Positions 51,842-62,260 are shown, numbered from the stretch's first letter. The stretch is DNA of 64,000 nucleotides from an uncultured candidate division Zixibacteria bacterium (GCA_963668625.2 CAXXKA010000006.1:704001-768000); one strand, 5' to 3'. Program-made: numbers and translations. Notes: generated by a model from the letters alone, not told the origin.

Positions 51842-52085
51842 AGTAAATTCCGTTTAGTGTAAAGTAGGAGATACGAGAAAATACTTGTATTGCACCGACG
51901 GAGTTATTACAATATAGTAAATATAACAACACCGACAAATTCGCATCATAGGGGAGGCTAATATTGCTGTCCGGATTTACCGGATGGGCTTGATGAATAG
52001 TGTGCGCGAGTTGGGTATCAAACAAAAAGCATAGACTTTAATGAATTCCGTAAACGGATAAAGACGTTAATGTGCTGACCAATAA

Positions 52086-53021
52086 GTGAGGTGCATAGTG
52101 GGAAAAACCTTAAGGATATTAACTGCGGTTCTAGTATATCAATTGCTATTTTCGGTTAACCTGGTATTAGCTGATAACTCCGCTATATGTCTCGAATGTC
52201 ATAATGATAAAGCTCAATCGATGGATGGCACGGCTCATCAAAGCTTCCTTAAAGCCCACCTGTCATCGCCGGTGAAAGTTGAGTGTATCGATTGTCATGA
52301 CGGCGGTGAGGTTCACAATGAGGACCCCTCTCCGGGGACGATTTCGCGGAGCGATAAAATGACGATGATCGAGGAAGCATCCCTATGTAGTCGATGTCAT
52401 AACACGCCTCATCAGGTGGCGATGGTATCCACCGATCCTCATAGCAAAACCGATCTAAACTGCTCATCCTGTCACACCATTCACGACAATCATACCGAGG
52501 GCCTGGTGAAGGAAGAGATGGAGGATTTCTGCCTCTCCTGCCACGGTTCTGTCATGATGGATTTCGAGCGGCGGTCGGCACATCCTCTTCACGCTATGGC
52601 CATCGAATGTACCGATTGTCATGATCTGAGCGCGACCGAGAAATCAGGGTCGGCCGATGGATTCGACTGGCTTTGCCAGGGGTGCCATGATGAAAAAGCC
52701 GGGCCGTTCATATACGAGCACGCCGTTGTCTACGACCATCCTGTTGACGGTGGAGGCTGTTTGGAATGCCACGAGCCGCACGGCTCGGCAAACGACCGAT
52801 TGCTGCGACAACCACGATCCGGTACCTGCCTGCAATGTCATGCCATACCACCCGGCCATCTAACCGACCATAGCGGGCTGGGCGTGAAATTAGATTGCAT
52901 GACCTGTCATACCGATATTCACGGCTCGTACGAGAGCAGGCTTCTGTTAGATCCCGATCTCGGTACGAAGCTATTCCCCGATTGCTTCCAGTCGGGCTGC
53001 CATACACTAAACGGTAATTAA
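52086..53021 (+). CDS. MtrA/DmsE-family decaheme cytochrome with an extra CX4CH
   Basis: 10 CxxCH; EKAGPFIYEH, CLECHEPHGS, CHTDIHGS; terminal CFQSGCH. Confidence 0.88.
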   Translation: MRCIVGKTLRILTAVLVYQLLFSVNLVLADNSAICLECHNDKAQSMDGTAHQSFLKAHLSSPVKVECIDCHDGGEVHNEDPSPGTISRSDKMTMIEEASLCSRCHNTPHQVAMVSTDPHSKTDLNCSSCHTIHDNHTEGLVKEEMEDFCLSCHGSVMMDFERRSAHPLHAMAIECTDCHDLSATEKSGSADGFDWLCQGCHDEKAGPFIYEHAVVYDHPVDGGGCLECHEPHGSANDRLLRQPRSGTCLQCHAIPPGHLTDHSGLGVKLDCMTCHTDIHGSYESRLLLDPDLGTKLFPDCFQSGCHTLNGN

Positions 53022-53027
53022 GGAGGA

Positions 53028-54587
53028 GTGATGATTAAAATGAAATACGTGATTTCGATTGCTGCTATTCTCCTTATAGCCACATCACCGGTGTCGGCCT
53101 CGAGCGGCGGGCTGGATGTTAAAGTCGGGTATAGCTATATCGATCATGACGGTAACGAATCGGTTGACCAGGCCTCGTATAATTACTACGAGGGAATCGG
53201 CGTTTCCATGGAGAACGCCAAAATGTCGTTCGACAACGGCATACTGGTCAGGTCGAATCTCAGAAATATAAACCTCGATAATCGTAATCTCTATTTCAAT
53301 ATCAGCAAGCCCGGATTGTTCGGCGCTAAAGTCAGATCGAACAAGTACAGACGCATATACGATTTCGATGGCAACATCGAAACCAAACGCGATTTGACCT
53401 CGGCCGATATCTGGTTTCACCCATTCAGGCAACTAAAACTTTTCGGAGGCGGTGATTTCAATTATGTGTCGGGCGAGACCGGGGAGTTATTCAGTTCCTC
53501 GTTCGGTAGCCTGGCCCGCCACGTCGATTACGAACGTCAAAAATATTCAATGGGCGGCTTGTATAAATATCAGGGGCGAATGATTCGCGGGGAATACGGA
53601 ACCTCTAAATTCAAAGATAAAATCGATGAGACGAAAGATCAAACTCGCGATCTGGTGCGAGTCATTGCCATGACGCCTGCGCCGGAGTTCGACTGGTTAA
53701 TACTTTCGGGAACGTATCAGCATTTTAAAACCGAGTATGACGATACCGGTTTCGAGTTGAAATCAGATACCTATAAAGGCAGCCTCTGGGCTGATATCTC
53801 AAATCAGTTCGCCGCTAACTATATCATCTATTTCAACCGCGCCGGCTCTGATAGCGATTTTGTCGAGAGTGATAATCTCTCGCATAGTATTTACCTGAAA
53901 TACAAACACTCCACCAGGCTTGGCGCTCTGGCAGGTTATCAAAATAGCATTAATGATGACTACGAGGACGCGGTTAAAACCAACGCTTATTTCCTTGAAT
54001 GTTGGGGGTCGCCAACCGATAAACTGAGCCTTAGAGCTAAATATGGTTTCCGCGCCGATGAGATCGATGAGGGGCAGCGTCTTTTAGGTGATGAGGACCG
54101 AAACCGCTTCAAAGTTTCCGCGAAATACCGCGCGGCAGAAAAAAGCTCTCTTAAACTCTCATTCGAAAGCCGTAAACGCAAAAACGAGCAGCTCGAAAGC
54201 GAAAACGATTACATGCGCTTCAATTTCGCCGGTACGCATAACCTGACCGATTTAGGCCTGGTATCCATCGGTTATTCGTTCTCCGATGGCAAATACACCA
54301 ACCGGACACAGATTTTCGAATACGACAGCCATCAACTACATGCCGGTTTAAATTCGCATCCTTACGAGAATTTCACACTCGGCGCGATGGCGATTTACTA
54401 TCGATATCGTAAAGATCTCGATACCGAGGGCTCCGATTTACGTTTCACCGGAGCTTATGATTTTATGGGCGGCAACAGGATTGAACTCGTTTATAACGTG
54501 TTCAATTTCGATGATTTCCTGTTCAGGGATCAATACTATACCGCTAACATTGTTGAGATAAATATAATCAAATCATTTAATTATTAA
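53028..54587 (+). CDS. Outer-membrane beta-barrel porin (MtrB/PioB-position)
   Basis: Signal peptide, alternating amphipathic strands, aromatic C-terminus (KSFNY), directly after the decaheme. Confidence 0.8.
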   Translation: MMIKMKYVISIAAILLIATSPVSASSGGLDVKVGYSYIDHDGNESVDQASYNYYEGIGVSMENAKMSFDNGILVRSNLRNINLDNRNLYFNISKPGLFGAKVRSNKYRRIYDFDGNIETKRDLTSADIWFHPFRQLKLFGGGDFNYVSGETGELFSSSFGSLARHVDYERQKYSMGGLYKYQGRMIRGEYGTSKFKDKIDETKDQTRDLVRVIAMTPAPEFDWLILSGTYQHFKTEYDDTGFELKSDTYKGSLWADISNQFAANYIIYFNRAGSDSDFVESDNLSHSIYLKYKHSTRLGALAGYQNSINDDYEDAVKTNAYFLECWGSPTDKLSLRAKYGFRADEIDEGQRLLGDEDRNRFKVSAKYRAAEKSSLKLSFESRKRKNEQLESENDYMRFNFAGTHNLTDLGLVSIGYSFSDGKYTNRTQIFEYDSHQLHAGLNSHPYENFTLGAMAIYYRYRKDLDTEGSDLRFTGAYDFMGGNRIELVYNVFNFDDFLFRDQYYTANIVEINIIKSFNY

Positions 54588-54599
54588 AGGAGCGGTTTT

Positions 54600-55673
54600 A
54601 TGCTGAAAACTGCATTGAGTTTTGCAATCGCTCTTGCATTGCTGACACTCATGGTTTCAGGATGCGAGCGGAAGGTGGTTATCGAGGAGGGCGACATGGC
54701 CGGCTCCTCCAGTTGTTTCACTTGTCACGGAGATGATGGATTGCTTCTCGCCGCAAAAGGCGAATGGCAGAATTCGATCCATGCCTCCGGGACCAGTGTC
54801 GATTACACCAACAGGGGCGGTACCGATTGCACCAGGTGTCATGACCATCAAGGATTCTTGGACTATGTCGCCACCGGCGAGGTTCAAGCGCCGTACAGCT
54901 CGGTAAGCGCGATTCACTGTTTCACCTGTCACGCGCCGCATACCAACGGCGATTTATCGCTCAGGATAAATACGGCCTACGAACTCGAGAACGGCGAGAT
55001 ATTCGACCACGGCGAGGCTAATCTCTGCGCAACCTGCCATCACTCTCGTGTTGATGTCACCACTATTGAAGATAGCATCTCCGTTAGCAGGTACTGGGGG
55101 CCTCACCACGGGCCGCAGGGTGATCTTCTTCACGGTACAGGCGGATATGAGTATGATGGCTATTCCTATGAGTACTCCACTCACGCAACTGCAATAACGA
55201 ACGCCTGTATAGGATGTCACATGGGGCAAGCACAGGCTCATGATGGTTACAAGATCGGCGGTCATAGTTTCAATATGGCCGATGATGAATCCGGCAGCGA
55301 TCTTTCCGGATTGTGCGAAGCTTGTCACGATAATGCCGATGGATTCGATTTCGTCAACAGTGATGATATCGACTACGACCATAACGGCACGGTCGAGGGA
55401 TATCAGACAGAGGTTGCCGGCCTCGTAGATTCTCTCGCTGCGTTGTTGTTTGATGCCGGTATTATTGATGCCGGCAATTATCCCGTTTCCGGTATTATCG
55501 CCGATGCCGATATCGCCGGTGCGTTGTACAATTTCAAACTTGTCGAGGAAGATCGATCGCACGGTGTTCACAATTTCAAATACGTAGTGGGTCTCCTGGA
55601 AAGCTCCATAGAGTTTATGGCTACCGGCACGGTAACCTCTAATGGCATGCAACTGTTGGCTGCTCACGATTGA
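54600..55673 (+). CDS. Hexaheme cytochrome c lipoprotein
   Basis: Lipobox VSGC; 6 CxxCH; GPHHGPQ, DRSHGVHN. Confidence 0.88.
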   Translation: MLKTALSFAIALALLTLMVSGCERKVVIEEGDMAGSSSCFTCHGDDGLLLAAKGEWQNSIHASGTSVDYTNRGGTDCTRCHDHQGFLDYVATGEVQAPYSSVSAIHCFTCHAPHTNGDLSLRINTAYELENGEIFDHGEANLCATCHHSRVDVTTIEDSISVSRYWGPHHGPQGDLLHGTGGYEYDGYSYEYSTHATAITNACIGCHMGQAQAHDGYKIGGHSFNMADDESGSDLSGLCEACHDNADGFDFVNSDDIDYDHNGTVEGYQTEVAGLVDSLAALLFDAGIIDAGNYPVSGIIADADIAGALYNFKLVEEDRSHGVHNFKYVVGLLESSIEFMATGTVTSNGMQLLAAHD

Positions 55674-55689
55674 TGGTTCACGAAACAAG

Positions 55690-55725
55690 GGCATGATCGA
55701 AATTCATTTCGGTCATGCCTGTTTT
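55690..55725 (+). terminator. Intercistronic hairpin/terminator
   Basis: GGCATGATCGAAAT..ATTTCGGTCATGCC followed by TGTTTT. Confidence 0.6.
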
Positions 55726-55741
55726 GCAGGTAAAAATAATA

Positions 55742-57256
55742 ATGTCATTTGTTAGAAAACTCCCCGGTCTCGTAAATAACTGGATAAGCGGTATCGGCGC
55801 GGTTATTGCCTCGGTAGCTTTTATCATAATTGTAATTCTTCTGGGATTGGATTTTATTACCGGTTTTACCAATCAATATTTAGGCATACTTGCCTATATG
55901 GTAATTCCTCCGGTTTTAATCATCGGTTTACTATTGATGCCATTCGGTATGTACTTGAAATGGCGGGTAGCGAAAAAAACAGGCGAGATGCCGAACCAGA
56001 AATGGCCATATATCGATTTCAACGATGGTCGCCATCAACGAGCGGCTGTCGTTTTCATAATCGGTACGATACTATTCGTTGCCATGAGCGCCTATGGCAC
56101 CTACGAGGCCTTTCACTATAGCGAATCGGTGGCTTTTTGCGGTACGCTATGCCATACCGTGATGCAGCCGGAGTATGTCACTTACAAGCATTCTCCGCAT
56201 GCCCGGGTTAAATGTACCGAATGCCATGTCGGGGCGGGTGCAGGCTGGTATACCAAATCGAAACTGTCCGGGGCTTACCAGGTCTACGCGGTAACGGTGA
56301 ACAATTACCCGCGGCCGATTCCCACGCCGATAGAGAACCTGCGTCCGGCCCGTGAAACCTGCGAGCAATGTCATTGGCCGGAGAAATTTTTCGGCTCACA
56401 GCAATATCAGAACGATCATTATCTTTACGATGAGTACAATACCCACTGGCCGATTAATATGCTCATGAAAACCGGCGGGGGAGACCCCGATAAGCGAGAG
56501 ATATCCGGTATTCACTGGCATGTCAGTAGCGGCTACGAGGTGGAATATATAGCCCGGGATGAGGATCGCCAGGATATACCCTGGGTGCGCCTGACTAACC
56601 GTCAAACAGGCGAGAAGATCGTATTTCAAAACAGTGATGACCCCCTCGAGGATAAAGATATGGCCGGCTCCGAGATACGTCGCATGGATTGCATGGACTG
56701 TCACAATCGCCCCAGCCATATCTATAACTCACCCGACTTCGCTGTTGATCAGTATATACAGTTCGGCAAAATCTCAAGAGATTTACCCGAAATAAAGCGG
56801 GTAGCGGTTGAGGCGATGGCCGAGGAGTATATCACCAGCGAGGAGGCAATGGCCGCGATTAAAAGCGCGATTGTCGATTATTATGCCGAGGAGCACACCG
56901 AGATTTACGAATCTGATAAAGATAAGGTAGAGGCCGCCGCCGTGATGGTACAGGAGCTGTATTCATCGAACATTTTCCCGGAGATGAAAGCGCGCTGGTC
57001 TGACTATCCCAACAATATCGGGCATTTCTACACGGCGGGATGTATGCGTTGCCACGAGGGTAAGCATGAAAGCGAGCAGGGCGACGCGATCACTCACGAT
57101 TGCACGGCTTGCCACAAGATATTATCGCAAGGTTCTGGCGAGATGGCACAATTCACCACCGGCGCTGAGGGCCTGGAGTTCCGGCATCCGGTGGATATGG
57201 GCGAGGCCTGGCGCGAGATGGGCTGCTACGAATGCCACGGCGGGACGCAGCCGTAG
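55742..57256 (+). CDS. ImcH-like NapC/NirT-family membrane multiheme cytochrome (7 hemes)
   Basis: Three N-terminal TMs; FCGTLCHTVM, CTECHVG, LRPARETCEQCHWP, GIHWH, CMDCHNRPSH and 3 more; start chosen at ATG 55742. Confidence 0.88.
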   Translation: MSFVRKLPGLVNNWISGIGAVIASVAFIIIVILLGLDFITGFTNQYLGILAYMVIPPVLIIGLLLMPFGMYLKWRVAKKTGEMPNQKWPYIDFNDGRHQRAAVVFIIGTILFVAMSAYGTYEAFHYSESVAFCGTLCHTVMQPEYVTYKHSPHARVKCTECHVGAGAGWYTKSKLSGAYQVYAVTVNNYPRPIPTPIENLRPARETCEQCHWPEKFFGSQQYQNDHYLYDEYNTHWPINMLMKTGGGDPDKREISGIHWHVSSGYEVEYIARDEDRQDIPWVRLTNRQTGEKIVFQNSDDPLEDKDMAGSEIRRMDCMDCHNRPSHIYNSPDFAVDQYIQFGKISRDLPEIKRVAVEAMAEEYITSEEAMAAIKSAIVDYYAEEHTEIYESDKDKVEAAAVMVQELYSSNIFPEMKARWSDYPNNIGHFYTAGCMRCHEGKHESEQGDAITHDCTACHKILSQGSGEMAQFTTGAEGLEFRHPVDMGEAWREMGCYECHGGTQP

Positions 57257-57565
57257 GGAATAGCTTAATTTTAGCGATATACGATGTGTAAATATAATCA
57301 TTAGGATGTCGTTTAGCTTTCCCTCCTGACACATTAGGCTTGATTTTAAAATCTCCAATTTATACCTGCTGTTGGAAGAGATAATTAATTTAATTGCTGC
57401 TCACTCACTCTTCGGTCGGCGGACAACCGTCCACGCCCACCTCTAAAGGCAACATGAGCACGTTTGGGATTGATAAGAACATCCATCACCCCCGGAAATG
57501 GCAAATAATGGCACAACTACATTTTATCTGATTATAACTTGCTGATATTTAGGGGAGATAAAAAA

Positions 57566-57649
57566 TGCCGAAGGTGGGATTCGAACCCACACGGCCTTGC
57601 GACCACTGCGCCCTGAACACAGCGTGTCTACCAGTTTCACCACTTCGGC
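57566..57649 (-). tRNA. tRNA-Leu(CAG)
   Basis: GCCGAAG acceptor, anticodon loop TTCAGGG, long variable arm, GGTTCGAATCC; CCA not encoded. Confidence 0.95.
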
Positions 57650-57809
57650 AAAATTGCCAGCCGCAATTATAATAGTTTGACTATCACAGGGCAAGCGATA
57701 TTTTTCATATCGGTATATAATTAATCGGGTTAGGCGAATTATCCCGTATAAGTCATTATCTTACAGATAATACTTGAACAGATCAGGCATCCGTCCTATA
57801 TTCGCTCTC

Positions 57810-58274
57810 ATGCCGGAGAAAGAGGAATTTAAAAATATCGCCACGAATCGAAAAGCCCGTTACGATTTCGAGATACTGGAGAAATTCGAGGCCGGGATCG
57901 AGTTGATCGGCAGCGAGGTGAAATCGGTCAGGGCATCGAAAATCTCGTTTAAAGACTCGTTTGCGATTGTCAAGCGGGGAGAGGTTATCCTTCAAAAACT
58001 GCATATAGCCCCCTACGAAAAAGCCTCCCATTTTAACCACGATCCGGAAAGGCCGAGAAGACTGCTTTTGCATCGCAAAGAAATTAGAAAGATACAGCAG
58101 AAAATCGAGGAGAAAGGCCTGACACTTGTACCTACCCGGATGTATTTCCGCGGCCCATACGCCAAGGTCGAGCTGGCTGTCGCGCGGGGCAAGCGCAAAA
58201 CCGATAAGCGTGAGACTATCGCCAAACGCGAAGCCGAACGCGATATGAGACGAGCAAAAAAATATCAGGGGTGA
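57810..58274 (+). CDS. smpB: SsrA-binding protein
   Basis: NRKARYDF, EAGIELIGSEVKS, RLLLHRKEI, DKRETI; ATG 57810. Confidence 0.96.
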   Translation: MPEKEEFKNIATNRKARYDFEILEKFEAGIELIGSEVKSVRASKISFKDSFAIVKRGEVILQKLHIAPYEKASHFNHDPERPRRLLLHRKEIRKIQQKIEEKGLTLVPTRMYFRGPYAKVELAVARGKRKTDKRETIAKREAERDMRRAKKYQG

Positions 58275-58280
58275 ACAACC

Positions 58281-59774
58281 ATGAGTATTCGTAAGTATAA
58301 TTTCATTATGCGTATAATATTGACCGCCTTAATCTTATTTATATTCTCGAGTGGCGCTCATGCCGGTATCAAGGCAACCTGGAAATCGAATAATCAAACC
58401 GGCGAATTATCCTCGATCTCTTTAAATAACACCGAATACGTTTCGCTCAACGATTTGACCCGCTTTTTAGGCGTTACCCACGAGATCAACACTCGCAAAG
58501 GGATAGGCGTGATAAAGCTCGAAAACGGCGAGATTACGTATACGCATCTTTCCTCCTATGTCTCGGTCGGCGAGAAAAGCTATAACCTTCAAAACGATAT
58601 CGTGTTCCACAAAGGAAGCTATTATGCGCCTGTCAAAATCCTCATCGATGTTATCAGCAGGTTAAGCTCGAATGAGATAATATATTCAGAGGATGAAAAT
58701 TCTCTTCTGATATTGCCGGCAACTTATAATATTCTTGATCTGGTGGCCCAGCAGAAATTAAACGGCATGATGGTGGAGGTACTATTATCGGAGGAGCTGA
58801 AATACGATATCGTGCAAACCGATGATCACTGGCTGATAACTAATATCTACGAGGGGAAAGTGGATACGGCTATGTTTGCAGGTAAACGGCCGTTAAAGGC
58901 TATTTACGATACTAAAGCATACCAGTTCGAAAACTCAGCCCAGATATCGATCAGGCTTCGACCCAAGCCGTTTACCTTTGTCAGCAAGATAAAAGAGAAT
59001 CCTCTTCGCATACAAATAATGATAAAAGGCGATGATTTCGCGGACACGGTTTTGGCCTACGTACCGGGCGAACAGTCCAATAACGATATCGATTTGATAG
59101 TTATCGATCCCGGTCACGGGGGAGAGGATGATGGCGCGGTCGGGCCCTCCGGTATCAAGGAGAAAGATATCAATCTCAAGATCAGCAAACAGCTTAAAGA
59201 ATTGCTCGAGCAGGATGGATTCAACGTGCTCTTAACCCGGGATGATGACAGATTCATCCCCTTGAGCGACCGTACCCAGATAGCCAATGAGGCCGGCGCG
59301 GATGTTTTTATCAGTGTCCATTGTAACGCCTCGGCTGTGAATAAAAAAGCTCGTGGCTATATCTCGTTTTTCCTGTCGGATGCCAAGTCCGATCAAGCCC
59401 GGGCGGCGGCTGCGTTGGAGAACGCCGCAATCAGGTTCGAGACAAAGGACAATCAACGGGGTTATGTCTCGGATATCGATTTCATCCTACTCGATATGGT
59501 GCAAAACGAATACCTGAAGGAATCGGCCGATTTAGCGGCGATGATCGAACAGAATATCACCAAACACACTAAAATAGAGAGCCGCGGCGTTGACCAGGCG
59601 GGTTTTTTCGTGTTGAACAAAGCATTTATGCCCTCGGTACTGGTAGAGTCGGCTTTCATATCTAATAAACAGGATGAGAAACTTTTGAAAGACAGCAAAA
59701 CTCATAAAGAAATTGCCAAATCAATTGCCTCGGCTATCGTGCAGTTCAAGCAAAAATACGAGGCGATGGAATGA
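58281..59774 (+). CDS. N-acetylmuramoyl-L-alanine amidase (Amidase_3)
   Basis: IDPGHGG, EKDINL, LTRDDD, FISVHCN, PSVLVESAFISN. Confidence 0.93.
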   Translation: MSIRKYNFIMRIILTALILFIFSSGAHAGIKATWKSNNQTGELSSISLNNTEYVSLNDLTRFLGVTHEINTRKGIGVIKLENGEITYTHLSSYVSVGEKSYNLQNDIVFHKGSYYAPVKILIDVISRLSSNEIIYSEDENSLLILPATYNILDLVAQQKLNGMMVEVLLSEELKYDIVQTDDHWLITNIYEGKVDTAMFAGKRPLKAIYDTKAYQFENSAQISIRLRPKPFTFVSKIKENPLRIQIMIKGDDFADTVLAYVPGEQSNNDIDLIVIDPGHGGEDDGAVGPSGIKEKDINLKISKQLKELLEQDGFNVLLTRDDDRFIPLSDRTQIANEAGADVFISVHCNASAVNKKARGYISFFLSDAKSDQARAAAALENAAIRFETKDNQRGYVSDIDFILLDMVQNEYLKESADLAAMIEQNITKHTKIESRGVDQAGFFVLNKAFMPSVLVESAFISNKQDEKLLKDSKTHKEIAKSIASAIVQFKQKYEAME

Positions 59775-60592
59775 CCCCGGCGAAAATCGCGAACCGTCCC
59801 ATCGGTGTTTTCGATTCGGGTGTCGGCGGTTTGACAGTCGTCGCCGAGCTGTTCAAACAGCTTCCCCGCGAACGAATCATATATTTCGGCGATACCGGTC
59901 GTTTCCCTTATGGCATTCGTTCGGCCGAGGTTATCAGGCGATTTTCCCGACAGAACGTGAATTTCCTGTTAGAGCATGATGTCAAGCTCGTGGTGGTTGC
60001 CTGCAATACAGCCTCGGCGCACGCCCTCGGTTATATGCAGCAAATATACAACGTGCCAGTGGTAGGCGTAATAGAACCTGGAGCTAAAGCGGCGGCATCA
60101 TACACCAAAAACGGACGGATAGGAGTTATCGGCTCGGAGGGAACGATAGGTTCCTCCTCTTATACGAAAGCGCTTCAACGGATAAATCCTGAATTCAAGA
60201 TCACGAGTTTGGCTTGTCCGTTGTTCATATCGCTGGCCGAGAACGGTTATATCGATAAGGAGGCCTCGTACCTGATTGCCGAGGATTATCTCAAACCGAT
60301 CAAAAAGAACAAAGTCGATACCCTGGTTTTGGGTTGTACTCATTTCCCACCACTTAAGGGTGTTATCAGCAAGGTCATGGGACCTGGGATCACACTGGTT
60401 GACTCGGCCGAGGAAACCGCCCGCTCGGTAACGCAGATACTTTCTGATTTGAATTTAACCGGTACTTTAAAAGCTCCAAAAGCTCATAAATACTATGTCT
60501 CCGATACTCCGGAGAAACTGCAGAAAACAGGTATTTACTTTTTGGATAAACCGATTAAAAAAGTCGAGAAGATATTTATCGAATCTTATTAG
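59771..60592 (+). CDS. murI: Glutamate racemase
   Basis: FDSGVGGLTV, PYG, ACNTAS, LGCTHFP. Confidence 0.96.
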   Translation: MTPAKIANRPIGVFDSGVGGLTVVAELFKQLPRERIIYFGDTGRFPYGIRSAEVIRRFSRQNVNFLLEHDVKLVVVACNTASAHALGYMQQIYNVPVVGVIEPGAKAAASYTKNGRIGVIGSEGTIGSSSYTKALQRINPEFKITSLACPLFISLAENGYIDKEASYLIAEDYLKPIKKNKVDTLVLGCTHFPPLKGVISKVMGPGITLVDSAEETARSVTQILSDLNLTGTLKAPKAHKYYVSDTPEKLQKTGIYFLDKPIKKVEKIFIESY

Positions 60593-60720
60593 GGGAAATT
60601 CTTGAAGAAGTTTGTCCAATATGTCACCACTACGTCGACATACTGCATAAAGCGCGGTGGCGGGAAAGGATTCCCACCACCTCAACAAAAGTTAATTCTC
60701 GATTTCTTTTAGGGGGAGAG

Positions 60721-61320
60721 ATGGCTACTCTTGTTATCGCGACCAACAACCGGGATAAACTTAAAGAGATTAAACATATACTCGAGGGAACCGGCATTAA
60801 AGTGCTCTCGGCCGGAGATTTCGATGATTTCCCCGATGTCGAGGAGACCGGTGAGACACTTATCGATAACGCCCGCTTGAAAGCCCGTGCGGTATGGGAA
60901 AAGTACGGCCTGGCCTGCGTTGCCGATGACACCGGGCTGGAGGTCGATTGTCTGGGAGGTGAACCAGGAGTATATTCCTCCCGTTACGCCGGCGAGGAGG
61001 CCACCTACGAGGACAATTGCCGAAAACTCATGAGCGTGATCGCTCTCGAGCCGGAGGACAATCGCTCGGCGCGATTTAGAACTGTTATGGTGTTCATCGA
61101 TGACCATGGCAATGAACATGTTGCCGAGGGAACGATCGAGGGAGAAATCATCTCGGAGAAGCGCGGTAATAATGGATTTGGTTACGATCCGGTGTTTCTC
61201 GTTCCGAATCGCGGCAAAACGCTGGCGGAATTGCCCTCGGAGGAGAAAAACAATATAAGCCATAGGCATAACGCATTAGTGAATATCCTGCCGATTATTA
61301 AACAAAAGCTTGCACATTAA
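60721..61320 (+). CDS. rdgB: Non-canonical purine NTP pyrophosphatase
   Basis: ATNNRDK, ADDTGL, PGVYSSRY, GFGYDP, KNNISHR. Confidence 0.95.
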   Translation: MATLVIATNNRDKLKEIKHILEGTGIKVLSAGDFDDFPDVEETGETLIDNARLKARAVWEKYGLACVADDTGLEVDCLGGEPGVYSSRYAGEEATYEDNCRKLMSVIALEPEDNRSARFRTVMVFIDDHGNEHVAEGTIEGEIISEKRGNNGFGYDPVFLVPNRGKTLAELPSEEKNNISHRHNALVNILPIIKQKLAH

Positions 61321-61438
61321 CAACTCGTGTAGATTTTTCCTCAATAATTTCATCCTTTTTTCAGGTTTGGTATTTTCCTGACGATATTACTAATGTTACA
61401 ATTAATCCTCGTCATTTTACCACTATTAAGGGGGAGTT

Positions 61439-61843
61439 ATGCCTTTCATTGATTTAAATAGCGAACATCAGGTAGGCGTGAAAATGATTGATGATCAACA
61501 TGCCAAGTTGGTTGACATGATTAATTATCTGGAAAACGCCATTAATACAGGCGGAGATATCGAGGAGGTTAAAGTACTTTTAAACGCGATAATCGGTTTT
61601 GCCGAGTATCATTTTGATGAGGAAGAGAGATTTATGCTCAGGAACGATTATCCTGATTATAATAGTCATTCGGAGGTTCACGATAAATTGAAATGGCATC
61701 TGACAGAGGTAAAAGAAAGCCTCGAAAAGAGCGATGCCCGGCTGCCGGAGACACTGGCGGTATTTTTACGAGACTGGTTACTGAATCATATCACCGAGTT
61801 AGACAGCAAACTAAGCGTAATACAGTCGAGAGTTACGGCATAG
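61439..61843 (+). CDS. Bacteriohemerythrin
   Basis: IDDQH, HFDEEE, HSEVH, WLLNHI..LD; terminator at 61855-61880. Confidence 0.92.
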   Translation: MPFIDLNSEHQVGVKMIDDQHAKLVDMINYLENAINTGGDIEEVKVLLNAIIGFAEYHFDEEERFMLRNDYPDYNSHSEVHDKLKWHLTEVKESLEKSDARLPETLAVFLRDWLLNHITELDSKLSVIQSRVTA

Positions 61844-62019
61844 CAAACAACCGGGCCGGGATCAGCCTCCCGGCCTTTTAATTTCCCGATAATAATTCGA
61901 ATTGCCTGACTAATACAATTGCGAGGGCCGGAGGGACGAAGCAATCTGTACATTAGCGTAGGCCATGTTACACATCCCAAATATCCTTGGCTAACAAGGT
62001 CTTTTATATATATTTTATC

Positions 62020-62260
62020 TCACTAGTATCCGGTGTTTTTCAGTAAATTTTCAAATTCTCCTTGGAATTGTTAGTGAAAGATGTTTTCCGATATAATTAT
62101 TATATTCAGCGTATCATGCATCCTGATATGTCCTGCCTATGTTAGGCTAAGTTCCCTGGTTTCCAAGCGCTGCCTGGAAACCTTCTTGTGTCATGTAGAA
62201 TGAGCATTCTGTAGGCAAAAAAGCCACGTTGCGAAGCAGCGCTTCGCAACGAGATGGAAA
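62020..62260. repeat. Second copy of the 240-bp repeat (see 42241-42480)
   Basis: Same orientation, high identity. Confidence 0.88.

Noticed and set aside
54600-55673. OmcS-type cytochrome nanowire
   Set aside because: Six hemes match in number only; the lipobox and position after a porin fit an anchored conduit partner better
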